64,000 bases of DNA, from positions 7,680 to 71,679 of the forward strand of contig JAKSVE010000002.1 of NCBI GenBank assembly GCA_024408295.1. Direction: 5' to 3'. The notes below the pieces were generated by a model. It made no database searches. It had not been told where the DNA came from and saw only the letters and a list, made by a program, of their open reading frames with translations. Below are positions 1-8,342 of this stretch, in pieces. Source of the stretch: Bacilli bacterium. GTDB taxonomy: Bacteria > Bacillota_I > Bacilli_A > RFN20 > CAG-826. Position 1 is the stretch's first letter; the number at the start of each line of letters is the position of its first letter. Position numbers and translations under genes: made by a program.

Positions 1-867
1 GAAATGGAGGTACTCACTTGGATTACCCAATGGCTTAATCTCTTCCGAGACTATATTTGAGAGATGTGAGTTTAGCTCAATCGACAATTTAACATCGCCG
101 AATGATAATTCAGGGATGGAGAGTTTTGTGAGATTGTAGTCGAGGTCTGAACCCAACACTGCATTGAGTTCAATATCACCAGCACTCAATTCGAGGCTGT
201 ATTCGAAGCCTTCAGATGTTTCCTTTGTGCATTCGATTGAGAAGTCTAATGAGCTTGTCTCTGATGATAATCCGCCTAAATCGATCTTGTTGATGTATGT
301 ATTAACATTCCAGATATCACTATCAGCGCCAACAACATCGACGATCATTCCAATCATTGTTTCAAAGTCTGCTGATGTAACCTTGTACTTAATACCACTT
401 AAATCGGAGAATGGTTTTGGATTAGCTGGGTTGTTCCACTCTGTTAATGAGAGATAGAAGGAACCATCTACTAATGTAGCGCCTAAATCCTTCTTAACTC
501 CGTTGTAATCGATTGTGGCATCTAATCCTAAGGAAATATCCTCCAAGGTCTTCATTCCGAAACCGAGATTACCAGATAAATTTACGACGTTGCTTGTCGC
601 AGGATTGTCATCCTGGTCAGGGAATTCAATGTTGATGTCAACATCACCTACGATTCTAGGGTCACTAGCAAGCTGTGCGATGAATAAGTCAGCGTGTGAT
701 GGATTGTCCACATCTGGCACTTCAAATGTTGGCTTGTTAGGCTGCTGTGTGTTCTGGTTGTTTACTTCTTTTACGACTGTAGGCACTGAGAAGAAAGAAA
801 TACATGCGGTTAAACTGAAGACTGTTAAGAAGAATCCTGAATAACCTAATATAGACTTAGTTTTCAT
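1..867 (-). CDS. Lipoprotein, 5'-complete and 3'-partial (runs off window start); signal peptide with lipobox LTAC
   Basis: Reverse-strand translation from ATG at 865-867 reads MKTKSILGYSGFFLTVFSLTACISFFSVPTVVKEVNNQN... and stays open to position 1. A GGAGGG RBS lies 8 nt upstream. It is absent from the ORF track because no stop falls inside the window. The + strand ORFs 164..457 and 515..844 are antisense to it. Confidence 0.7.
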   Translation of the reverse strand, partial: MKTKSILGYSGFFLTVFSLTACISFFSVPTVVKEVNNQNTQQPNKPTFEVPDVDNPSHADLFIAQLASDPRIVGDVDINIEFPDQDDNPATSNVVNLSGNLGFGMKTLEDISLGLDATIDYNGVKKDLGATLVDGSFYLSLTEWNNPANPKPFSDLSGIKYKVTSADFETMIGMIVDVVGADSDIWNVNTYINKIDLGGLSSETSSLDFSIECTKETSEGFEYSLELSAGDIELNAVLGSDLDYNLTKLSIPELSFGDVKLSIELNSHLSNIVSEEIKPLGNPSEYLHF

Positions 868-868
868 G

Positions 869-1849
869 TTATTTGCCCTCCTGATATTCGACTGGTGTAT
901 GTAACGATGGGATTTCAATGTCTCCATCGTAGGTGTAATAGGTTGTGATTGTGCTTGATACGTATGACCCTACCGCTCCGGTGTTCGCATAATATTTTTC
1001 GGTACTGTAGACTTCCTGTATTCTGAGGTCGTTATCTGTTGTCATCCTAAGATGAGAGAATACGAACGCTGGTTTCTTGGGTAGGTCGGAAATGGTTTGC
1101 ATCTGAACGACATAATTCAATACGGCGAGGATTGGATCAAACTCCAAATCGATGACATATCCAGAATCGGTTTTGGTAATCTCTGAGATTCCGTACATCT
1201 TATCCTCAACCGTTGGACTCGAGAGGACTGTGTCATCAGTAATTATGTATGATGTTGGGCAATGGACATTCCTGCCCATTCTTTCAACATATTCCTCTGA
1301 TGTGTAGTCAGCAGCGTCTTCTTGTTTGAAGAGGGCAACCTCAACATTACCGGAACGACATTTACCTGGATACTGGGTTGTTGTCTCGCCATCCTCATAC
1401 ATTCTCCAAGCAACGTTAACGATACTGGATAAGGATAGAGATTCCTCGAAGAACTTGTCGCCCTTCTTAATAGCACAGGATCTGATCTCTTGGTCAACGA
1501 TACTCGCTGTTCCAACACCATATCCCTTAGATTCAAATTGTTCCTGCTTTGTCAATAAAGCATAGGCCATATTTACCATCTGAGCTGGGGTAGTGTCCTT
1601 TGAATAATCTCCACCTTCACTCTTCTTTTTCTCGTATAACTTGTAATATTGCTCATAGTCAACGCTAAGACCATCAGTCTGGATATTGTCGTAGTTGACT
1701 TCTTCACCGCCACGGAACTGCTTGCCAAAATACAGGCCAACAGGAATACCTGCGCCAATGGCGATAGCGGCAATGACCGATGAGGTAATTACCATGGCTA
1801 GATTAATTTTATTCTTAAAAAAGTTGTTCCCCATATCTGAACCCAGCAT
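869..1849 (-). CDS. Membrane-anchored hypothetical protein (N-terminal TM helix, ~290-aa extracytoplasmic domain)
   Basis: 326-aa ORF. The N-terminal hydrophobic segment is AMVITSSVIAAIAIGAGIPVGLYF. Its stop is 1 nt from the start of the downstream lipoprotein gene, consistent with an operon. No recognisable catalytic motif. Confidence 0.6.
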   Translation of the reverse strand: MLGSDMGNNFFKNKINLAMVITSSVIAAIAIGAGIPVGLYFGKQFRGGEEVNYDNIQTDGLSVDYEQYYKLYEKKKSEGGDYSKDTTPAQMVNMAYALLTKQEQFESKGYGVGTASIVDQEIRSCAIKKGDKFFEESLSLSSIVNVAWRMYEDGETTTQYPGKCRSGNVEVALFKQEDAADYTSEEYVERMGRNVHCPTSYIITDDTVLSSPTVEDKMYGISEITKTDSGYVIDLEFDPILAVLNYVVQMQTISDLPKKPAFVFSHLRMTTDNDLRIQEVYSTEKYYANTGAVGSYVSSTITTYYTYDGDIEIPSLHTPVEYQEGK

Positions 1850-1949
1850 ATTTTAGTAAATAATCGAAAGCATGTACCACTAAAGGGTAGTTTTAGAAGC
1901 GTAGAAAGACATTCTCTAAATCGGAGAATTTAAAAAATGTCGATTACAT

Positions 1950-1965
1950 CTAACAAAATTGTTAG
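1950..1965. promoter_or_regulatory. Palindrome CTAACAAAATTGTTAG (7-bp arms, 2-bp spacer) in divergent promoter region; candidate operator
   Basis: Read directly from the sequence, 40 bp upstream of the XRE regulator gene start. Confidence 0.35.
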
Positions 1966-2005
1966 CAATTTTATCTCGTTCTCATAACTAGATAAATAAA
2001 TTGAT

Positions 2006-2653
2006 ATGAAAATGATTGCTCAAAACGTAGTTTTAGAGTATCTTTTAGCCATGGCAGAATTGAACGAAATTGTTGCAGAAAACTTAATTGAACTGAGAAA
2101 AAAGAAGCATCTTACTCAGATCGAGTTAGCCGAAGAAATCGGCTATAGCGATAAGAGCATCTCAAAGTGGGAATTAGCAAAATCTATCCCTTCTGTGGAT
2201 ATTTTAAAGCAATTTGCAGACTTTTACGGGGTTACAGTTGACTTTTTGATTACTGAAGGCTCCGCTAAAAAGAAGATTGTTGGCGACAAGAAATATGAGC
2301 ACATCGGCCACAAGATTACCATTATGGCTCTTCTTACCTGTGTTATTTGGCTTATTGTCGTTGCTATCTATGTTAATGGAATTGTTGCCGATAATCAGCC
2401 AACCAACAAATTCTGGGTAACATTTATCTGGGGCGCTCCAGCAACATTCTTAGTCTTATCGGCACTGTCTTGGTTCTACTGGAGAAAGAATATATCTCTT
2501 ACGATATTTGCGTCCTTATTTATTTGGGCAACTATCACAGCCTTCTTCATCCACTACTTGGTATATTCAAACGATACAGAACCACTTTGGTATATTTACT
2601 TAATCGGCATACCTATCCAGGTTGCCCTAATCCTGATCAGCAACCTAAAGTAA
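2006..2653 (+). CDS. XRE-family HTH (Cro/C1-type) transcriptional regulator with C-terminal 4-TM membrane domain
   Basis: N-terminal LRKKKHLTQIELAEEIGYSDKSISKWELAKSIPSVDILKQFADFYGV is a classic HTH_XRE. Residues ~95-215 are hydrophobic helices. Confidence 0.8.
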   Translation: MKMIAQNVVLEYLLAMAELNEIVAENLIELRKKKHLTQIELAEEIGYSDKSISKWELAKSIPSVDILKQFADFYGVTVDFLITEGSAKKKIVGDKKYEHIGHKITIMALLTCVIWLIVVAIYVNGIVADNQPTNKFWVTFIWGAPATFLVLSALSWFYWRKNISLTIFASLFIWATITAFFIHYLVYSNDTEPLWYIYLIGIPIQVALILISNLK

Positions 2654-2654
2654 G

Positions 2655-3587
2655 TTACATATTCTCTAATTCGTCAATCAAGATCAACTCGTAAGTTGGA
2701 TGGAGATTGGCGATTTGTCTTTTTCTAGACTCATATTCTTCTTGAGATACGCAAAGAAGATAGTCGGTTTCATTTCCGAAACGCACAAATAACAAATCAT
2801 GCTTATCAGCCAAATCAATCGCTCTTAAAACAAAGTCAAGGTTTTCTTGCGCTTCTCTTGATAGGGAGATTCTTGCTCCGATATAGCCTGAGTCATAGAT
2901 GTATGGCTTGCATTCTCTGCAGAACTCGACATAGTTGCTTCTAGCTTCTCTTTCCTCTTCTTCACGCTCAACTTCTTCTATTGCGCCAATTGGTTTGTAG
3001 CGCATTTTCTCTAAAAAGGACTGCAAATCCAGGCCTTGTTTCTCTAAAACGCCTTTTAATACCAACATCGTGAACTCAGCATCATCTCTAGAACAATGCT
3101 CGGTTAAGCCAATAGGTTTTTCGGCAGAAACATACTGTAGATAGGCTTTACCTAGACCGATGGATTTTTCGTCGTCCCTATCGTATTTGACGTATTCAGC
3201 AACATCGTATGCATAGTAGTCAAAGAGGTCTAAGCCATATCTTGCCAATGTTGAATTAAAGAACCTGATGTCGTTGCGGACGGCATAACCGAATATCATC
3301 TGGTTTTCCCTCATCATGATTTCTCTAATTTTGTCATGATAGTATGTGAATTCAGGTGCGGATCTGTAGGTGTCGAAAGAGAACGCAAAAGAGATGCCTT
3401 CTATTGGACCAAATTCGGTTATAAACGGCTCTCTAGCGCCATCTTCTCTATATCCAGGATTGATGATGAATAGGCCTTTGTCTTTGATAGCAAAAGACTC
3501 ATCGGTGATGACATATCCGAATTCGCAGATCTTGCCTCCGCCATTAGAGTTCGCACATTCTAAATCAAAGAATAAATAATCCATCAA
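2655..3587 (-). CDS. DEDDh-type 3'-5' exonuclease (DnaQ/RNase T-like) with extra C-terminal domain
   Basis: Exo motifs are present: FDLE (Exo I), YAVRNDIRF (Exo II), HCSRDDAEF (Exo III, H-x4-D). 310 aa, with ~110 aa of unassigned C-terminus. Confidence 0.75.
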   Translation of the reverse strand: MMDYLFFDLECANSNGGGKICEFGYVITDESFAIKDKGLFIINPGYREDGAREPFITEFGPIEGISFAFSFDTYRSAPEFTYYHDKIREIMMRENQMIFGYAVRNDIRFFNSTLARYGLDLFDYYAYDVAEYVKYDRDDEKSIGLGKAYLQYVSAEKPIGLTEHCSRDDAEFTMLVLKGVLEKQGLDLQSFLEKMRYKPIGAIEEVEREEEEREARSNYVEFCRECKPYIYDSGYIGARISLSREAQENLDFVLRAIDLADKHDLLFVRFGNETDYLLCVSQEEYESRKRQIANLHPTYELILIDELENM

Positions 3588-3597
3588 AAAATTCTTT

Positions 3598-4047
3598 CTA
3601 AGCTTCTAAAGCGTTTGGTTCTTCTTCGTCTGCGATATATTCAAGGATTGGCTTTAATGGCTCGTAGACGTATTCCTCGTCTGCGATGTCATTCATAGCA
3701 TTGCTGATTCTCTGGACAATATTCTCAACATCGTTGTCCTCGAACACCGAAACGATATGCAATCCGCCTTCATAGCACATAGCCTTATAAAGAGGGACTT
3801 TGATATTGAAGTCATTTAATAAAGGGTAAACAGGATCCTCATTCTCAATTAAGCCCATTGAGAAATCGATTCTGCATGTTCCATCTTCCTCTAAAGCAAT
3901 GAGAATATCGATGTGGTGTTCATATGGGTCAATGCAAACAGGGCAGAAAACATATCCCTTGCCTTCTTCTTCTGATGAGGATGTCAAATCAAGTCCCCAA
4001 GAAAAGAATAACTGTCTTATTTCTTTTGTAACTTCACTGATGTCCAT
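3598..4047 (-). CDS. Acidic cytoplasmic hypothetical protein (possibly YbjN-like fold)
   Basis: 149-aa ORF with acidic tail, tightly linked to flanking genes. The family call is guesswork from composition only. Confidence 0.5.
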   Translation of the reverse strand: MDISEVTKEIRQLFFSWGLDLTSSSEEEGKGYVFCPVCIDPYEHHIDILIALEEDGTCRIDFSMGLIENEDPVYPLLNDFNIKVPLYKAMCYEGGLHIVSVFEDNDVENIVQRISNAMNDIADEEYVYEPLKPILEYIADEEEPNALEA

Positions 4048-4114
4048 AATCTAACCGCCTTAAATATGTGAATATCATATCACACTTTATATTAAATAAA
4101 GAAAAATCTCTCAA

Positions 4115-4585
4115 CTAGAGAGACTTATCGATAAGTGAGGCAGGGATGCTGACTCTTTTATTCTTGTGCATTATCTCATAGTAATTGCTTCCAAGGCCAA
4201 CCACCATGACTTTCGAGCCCGCTTCAATCAATATTCCTTCAACCTCAATTGGAGTTTCGATAACGACATTATCACCTACTCTATGAAGGAGAGAAGATTT
4301 GACATCTGAAGGAATTTCGCGAGGATCTTCTGCCTTAGCGGCCCTTCTTCCGATTAAGATAGGGACGATCCAGAATAGGAACGGGAAGAAGGCTACAAGT
4401 AGAACCCAACCGAATGAGAACCCAACAACAGTGAGAACGAGTCGGAGTGGTTCAACAGCATCAGCAGTTGCCACTTGAACAATATTCCAGACCATAAGGA
4501 AGGTACATCCTCCAAGCACAAGCAAGAGGAATAACACCTCGATTAGAACAAACCATGAAAAACGGTAACGAACATTTCTAGACAT
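4115..4585 (-). CDS. NfeD-like membrane protein (N-terminal TM helices, C-terminal OB-fold-like domain)
   Basis: Two or three TM segments followed by a soluble domain, GDNVVIETPIEVEGILIEAGSKVMVVGLGSNYYEIM, typical of NfeD C-termini. No adjacent SPFH/stomatin partner. Confidence 0.6.
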   Translation of the reverse strand: MSRNVRYRFSWFVLIEVLFLLLVLGGCTFLMVWNIVQVATADAVEPLRLVLTVVGFSFGWVLLVAFFPFLFWIVPILIGRRAAKAEDPREIPSDVKSSLLHRVGDNVVIETPIEVEGILIEAGSKVMVVGLGSNYYEIMHKNKRVSIPASLIDKSL

Positions 4586-4628
4586 GGCTTAAATATACAA
4601 TATTAACCCTAGTTAAGAAAGAAACATC

Positions 4629-4823
4629 TTGCGTCAATAGAATTGTAAATATGACAAAAATGCGTTTTTAGATTAATTATCACTCCATAATTTAATAGAT
4701 TATTTTGCGTTTACTTATGTCAATTTATGCATGATTATCGTGCGAATATAAGTAAGGATGCTTAGCATACTTAAGACAAATATGCGATTTGAATTTAAAA
4801 ATATTAAATGATAATCTTGCGTT
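4629..4823. repeat. Array of six TGCG(T/A)(T/A) motif copies at 4629, 4671, 4706, 4741, 4783, 4818 (spacings 42-35-35-42-35 bp) in the AraC/NfeD divergent intergenic region
   Basis: Read directly: cTTGCGTCa, aaTGCGTTTt, tTTGCGTTTa, cgTGCGAATa, atATGCGATTt, cTTGCGTTGt, in otherwise very AT-rich DNA. Confidence 0.5.
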
Positions 4824-4851
4824 GTCTTCTTCTTGGGTTTAGACTTTTTGT

Positions 4852-5826
4852 ATGGATCAGCAAATAGAATTTGTTAAATACCAGAAGCTTAAGCATATTA
4901 GGTTTCTCGTAAATCAGATCGATTTCAAGGAAGGTCACATCCACAACGAAATCGAAATTTTCCTCGTTCTCAACGGAACCGGAAAGACTGAAATCACAAA
5001 TCAGACATATAACATCAATAAGAATGACATTTACTTTATTAACTCCGGCGACCCACATGCATACTATAGATCTGCTGATGCGGTTAACGGTGATAACTTT
5101 GAAGGACCAACATTCTTGTTCTGTCAGGTTTCTAACCATTTCTTGAGAGAATACTTCCCTCAGATTAGAACAACGTTATTTAAGTCTGGACCATTCACGG
5201 ATTATTTAAGTGAAGAAGAACTCTCCAAATTTAGAGAGATTCTTGTTGAAGCCGCAATCGACTACTTCCGCGAAGATGATTGCTATCAGCTCGATGTCAC
5301 ATCAAACATCGCTAAACTCCTAAAGATCTGCTACCAGAAGATTCCTCACAAGATCATTTCTGAAGAAAAGAAACAGAACCTCAAGAAGAGAAACCAGAGA
5401 TTGCAGAGAATCGTCTCTTATGTGGACGACAATTTCGATAGCCAAATCAGATTGGAAGACATCGCACTTCAGGAAGGCTTATCACCAACCCACTTCTCCC
5501 ACCTATTCTCATCTTCATTTGGAATTACATTCCAGGAGTACGTTAACACCAAGAGAATGGAACAGTGCATCCGCTTAATGCAGAACGAAGAAAAGACACT
5601 CCTTGAAATCTCATACGAAGGCGGTTTCTCCGATCCTAAGTACATGAATAGAATGTTCTTGAAGACCTTCGGCTGCACACCAAAAGAATTCAGATCAAGA
5701 CTTTCAAAAGTTCGTAGAGACTATAGAGTCAAGGAAGAGCAATCCGAGAACATTCTCGCTGATTCGGACGCACTCAATGTTATGGTTCAATACAAGAGCG
5801 ATAACATTGTCAAACAACAAATCTAA
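4852..5826 (+). CDS. AraC-family transcriptional regulator (N-terminal cupin-like sensor, C-terminal HTH_AraC)
   Basis: The C-terminal LEDIALQEGLSPTHFSHLFSSSFGITFQEYVNTKRMEQCIRLM...GFSDPKYMNRMFLKTFGCTPKEFR matches the AraC HTH signature. Confidence 0.9.
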   Translation: MDQQIEFVKYQKLKHIRFLVNQIDFKEGHIHNEIEIFLVLNGTGKTEITNQTYNINKNDIYFINSGDPHAYYRSADAVNGDNFEGPTFLFCQVSNHFLREYFPQIRTTLFKSGPFTDYLSEEELSKFREILVEAAIDYFREDDCYQLDVTSNIAKLLKICYQKIPHKIISEEKKQNLKKRNQRLQRIVSYVDDNFDSQIRLEDIALQEGLSPTHFSHLFSSSFGITFQEYVNTKRMEQCIRLMQNEEKTLLEISYEGGFSDPKYMNRMFLKTFGCTPKEFRSRLSKVRRDYRVKEEQSENILADSDALNVMVQYKSDNIVKQQI

Positions 5827-5830
5827 AGAT

Positions 5831-5858
5831 AATCCTATTTTTAAGTAGGATTTTTTTA
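5831..5858 (+). terminator. Rho-independent terminator (ATCCTA-loop-TAGGAT + T7)
   Basis: Hairpin plus T-run immediately after the AraC gene stop. Confidence 0.6.
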
Positions 5859-5889
5859 TATTGTTTATACAACATACGAGGTATCAATT

Positions 5890-7341
5890 ATGAAAAAACA
5901 GGTTTACAACCCATATTTGCCACTTTATGAATACGTTCCAGACGGTGAGCCACACGTATTCAATGGCAGAGTCTATGTCTACGGTTCTCATGACCAGTAC
6001 GGCGCATTCAATTTCTGTCACAACGACTACATCACATGGTCAGCACCAGTTGATGATTTAAGTGACTGGAGATACGAAGGTGTCATCCTCTCAAGAACGG
6101 AAGACCCAGAAAACAAGAAGAACAATCACGACTTATACGCACCGGACGTATGCCAGGGACCAGATGGAAAATACTACATCTACTACGCATATGACTGGCT
6201 TGGCCACACAGGCGTTGCAGTCTCTGACTCACCTGCAGGACCATTCAAGTTCCATGGATATGTCACATATCCAGACGGCGTTGTAGTCGGTTCAAGAAGA
6301 CCAAAGGACGTCTTCCAGTTCGACCCAGGAGTCTTGGTTGATGATGATGGCAGAGTTTACCTCTACTCAGGATTCGGCGCAGATAGCTGGTTCCCACAGA
6401 TCAAGAGCCGCATGAAAGTCGATGGCGGATATGTCATGGAATTAGAGCCAGACATGAAGACCGTCAAAGGCGAACCAAAGAAAATCTTCGACAGAAGACC
6501 AGAACTCAAGGATCAGGCATACAAAGGCCACGAATTCTTTGAAGCTTCATCAATAAGAAAAGTTAACGGCAAGTACTACTTCGTCTACTCAACAGTCAAC
6601 GGACACGAACTTGCTTATGCAACATCAGATTCTCCAATGGGCCCATTCACATTTGGTGGCGTCTTAGTCTCAAACGGCGACGTCGGCTACAAAGGTAGAA
6701 CAAAAGAGAACGCATGCTACCCACTTGGCAACAACCACGGTGGTATGGTCTGCGCAAATGGACAGTGGTACATCTTCTACCACCGCCACACCAACTTCAC
6801 AAACACAGATAGACAGGGCATGGCTGAACCAATCTACATCAAGGAAGATGGCTCAATCGACCAGGTTGAAATGACATCATGTGGTCTTAACGGAGGCCCA
6901 CTTGCAGGTAAGGGTGTTTACCCAGCATCAATCTGCTGCTGCTTAATGCCAAAGAAAGGCAATGTCTTCTATCCATTCTTCAAGCTCCCTCACCAGGCTG
7001 CAGGCGAGACATATGTCACACAGTCAGGCAAGGACAGCGACACAGTCGAAACACAGTACATCACCAACATCAAGAACGGTTGCTTAATCGGTTGGAAGTA
7101 CTTCAACTTAACAGAAACAACAAAAGTCATCCTCTCAATCAAGGGCAAAGCTAACGGCGAAATCGCTCTCAAGTATGAAGAGAATGGCGAGGTCATCTCA
7201 ACTGTCGCAGTCAAGAACAACAGCAAGGATATGTACCAGGTTGAACTCGAAGTTAAGGGCGGATCAGAGAAGTCCGGATTATACCTCGATTTCAAGAACT
7301 TCAAAGGAAAGATCCAGCTCTACACAATCGAACTTCAGTAA
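5890..7341 (+). CDS. Glycoside hydrolase family 43 (beta-xylosidase/alpha-L-arabinofuranosidase), cytoplasmic
   Basis: 483 aa. The N-terminal 5-bladed propeller signature (YNPYLP...DGEPHVF, ...YYAYD..., DPGVLVDDDGRVYLY) is typical of GH43. No signal peptide. GAGGT RBS. Confidence 0.85.
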   Translation: MKKQVYNPYLPLYEYVPDGEPHVFNGRVYVYGSHDQYGAFNFCHNDYITWSAPVDDLSDWRYEGVILSRTEDPENKKNNHDLYAPDVCQGPDGKYYIYYAYDWLGHTGVAVSDSPAGPFKFHGYVTYPDGVVVGSRRPKDVFQFDPGVLVDDDGRVYLYSGFGADSWFPQIKSRMKVDGGYVMELEPDMKTVKGEPKKIFDRRPELKDQAYKGHEFFEASSIRKVNGKYYFVYSTVNGHELAYATSDSPMGPFTFGGVLVSNGDVGYKGRTKENACYPLGNNHGGMVCANGQWYIFYHRHTNFTNTDRQGMAEPIYIKEDGSIDQVEMTSCGLNGGPLAGKGVYPASICCCLMPKKGNVFYPFFKLPHQAAGETYVTQSGKDSDTVETQYITNIKNGCLIGWKYFNLTETTKVILSIKGKANGEIALKYEENGEVISTVAVKNNSKDMYQVELEVKGGSEKSGLYLDFKNFKGKIQLYTIELQ

Positions 7342-7351
7342 GGAGTAAGCT

Positions 7352-8266
7352 ATGAAATTCAAGGGTTTTGCGGGCTTATTATTACTATCCGTCTCCGTTT
7401 TATGCGGTTGTGGCGCAAAACACAGCCACAACTACGAACTTAAAGTTATCGGAGACTACAAGACGTCATACGTTTCCGGCGAGTCATTCGATACAACTGG
7501 AATGTTTGTTAAGAAAGTCTGTCCTGACTGCGGAGAAGAAATCGTAATCGAGGATTATGAAATCGAAAATAACGTCCCGCTCCTTTCGGGAACAGATTCA
7601 TTAACCATTAATGCTGACGGTCTATCCGCTCAGGTTGGCATCGATGTTGAATTCCAGTTCAACGGAACGATCACTTGTGTTGGAGACTCATTAACCGCAG
7701 GACACAACTGGCCACAGGAAGCATATCCCGTTTACATCAATGATTACTTGCCAGAGGGCTCAAAAGCTACAGTTATCAACTGTGGACATAACGGAGCCTC
7801 CTTCAAGAACTTCGGTCAGTATAACCCTTCGTATTACGAATGCTCAGAATACACAAAGTCACTTCAGACCAAGCCAGATGTCATCACAATCTTACTTGGC
7901 ACAAATGACGCAACAAACTGGGCTAATGAAGGGCCAACATTCGAAGAAGACTATAGAGCCCTCATCGATGTCTATAAGGAGAAGTTCGGCGAAGATCAGA
8001 AGTTCATTCTTATGACTTCACCTGCAACCAAGAACGGAAATCAGTTCGGCATCCCTAATGATACAATCAGGGATTACGTCAATCCGATTCAAAGAGACAT
8101 CGCTGAAGATCTTGAATATCCACTTATCGATTTACGTGAAATGTTCGAGAACTACGGTTCACTCGATGATTTGGTAAGACCAAACGACGGAGTCCACTTC
8201 TCGGTTGCCGCTGCAAAGATGGTAGCAGAGGAAATTGCTAACGCATTAGTCGGCTACGTAGCATAA
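7352..8266 (+). CDS. SGNH/GDSL-family hydrolase lipoprotein (putative carbohydrate esterase)
   Basis: Signal peptide with lipobox LCGC. GDS motif in ITCVGDSLTAGHN, G block (CGHNG), GTND block, and DGVHFS (DxxH) at the C-terminus. AAGGAG RBS. Confidence 0.85.
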   Translation: MKFKGFAGLLLLSVSVLCGCGAKHSHNYELKVIGDYKTSYVSGESFDTTGMFVKKVCPDCGEEIVIEDYEIENNVPLLSGTDSLTINADGLSAQVGIDVEFQFNGTITCVGDSLTAGHNWPQEAYPVYINDYLPEGSKATVINCGHNGASFKNFGQYNPSYYECSEYTKSLQTKPDVITILLGTNDATNWANEGPTFEEDYRALIDVYKEKFGEDQKFILMTSPATKNGNQFGIPNDTIRDYVNPIQRDIAEDLEYPLIDLREMFENYGSLDDLVRPNDGVHFSVAAAKMVAEEIANALVGYVA

Positions 8267-8272
8267 AGACAT

Positions 8273-8309
8273 AAGACACATCGATAAAATGGTGTGTCTT
8301 TTCTTTTTG
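8273..8309 (+). terminator. Rho-independent terminator (AAGACACA...TGTGTCTT + T-run)
   Basis: 8-bp perfect stem followed by TTCTTTTTG after the SGNH gene. Confidence 0.55.
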
Positions 8310-8342
8310 CTTATATAATAAGAGCAACGGAGATTTAGACCT

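Noticed and set aside
164-844. + strand ORFs 164..457 and 515..844
   Set aside because: They lie antisense to a better-supported minus-strand lipoprotein gene (RBS, signal peptide, lipobox) that is open to the window edge.
1243-1773. Small ORFs 1243..1536(-), 1326..1565(+), 1573..1773(-) inside 869..1849
   Set aside because: Alternative-frame or antisense ORFs nested in a longer coding frame. No RBS or independent support.
4586-4851. TGCG repeat array as a CRISPR or minisatellite
   Set aside because: Repeat units are only 6-7 bp with 35-42-bp unique spacers and no longer conserved repeat. The pattern fits protein-binding sites, not CRISPR.
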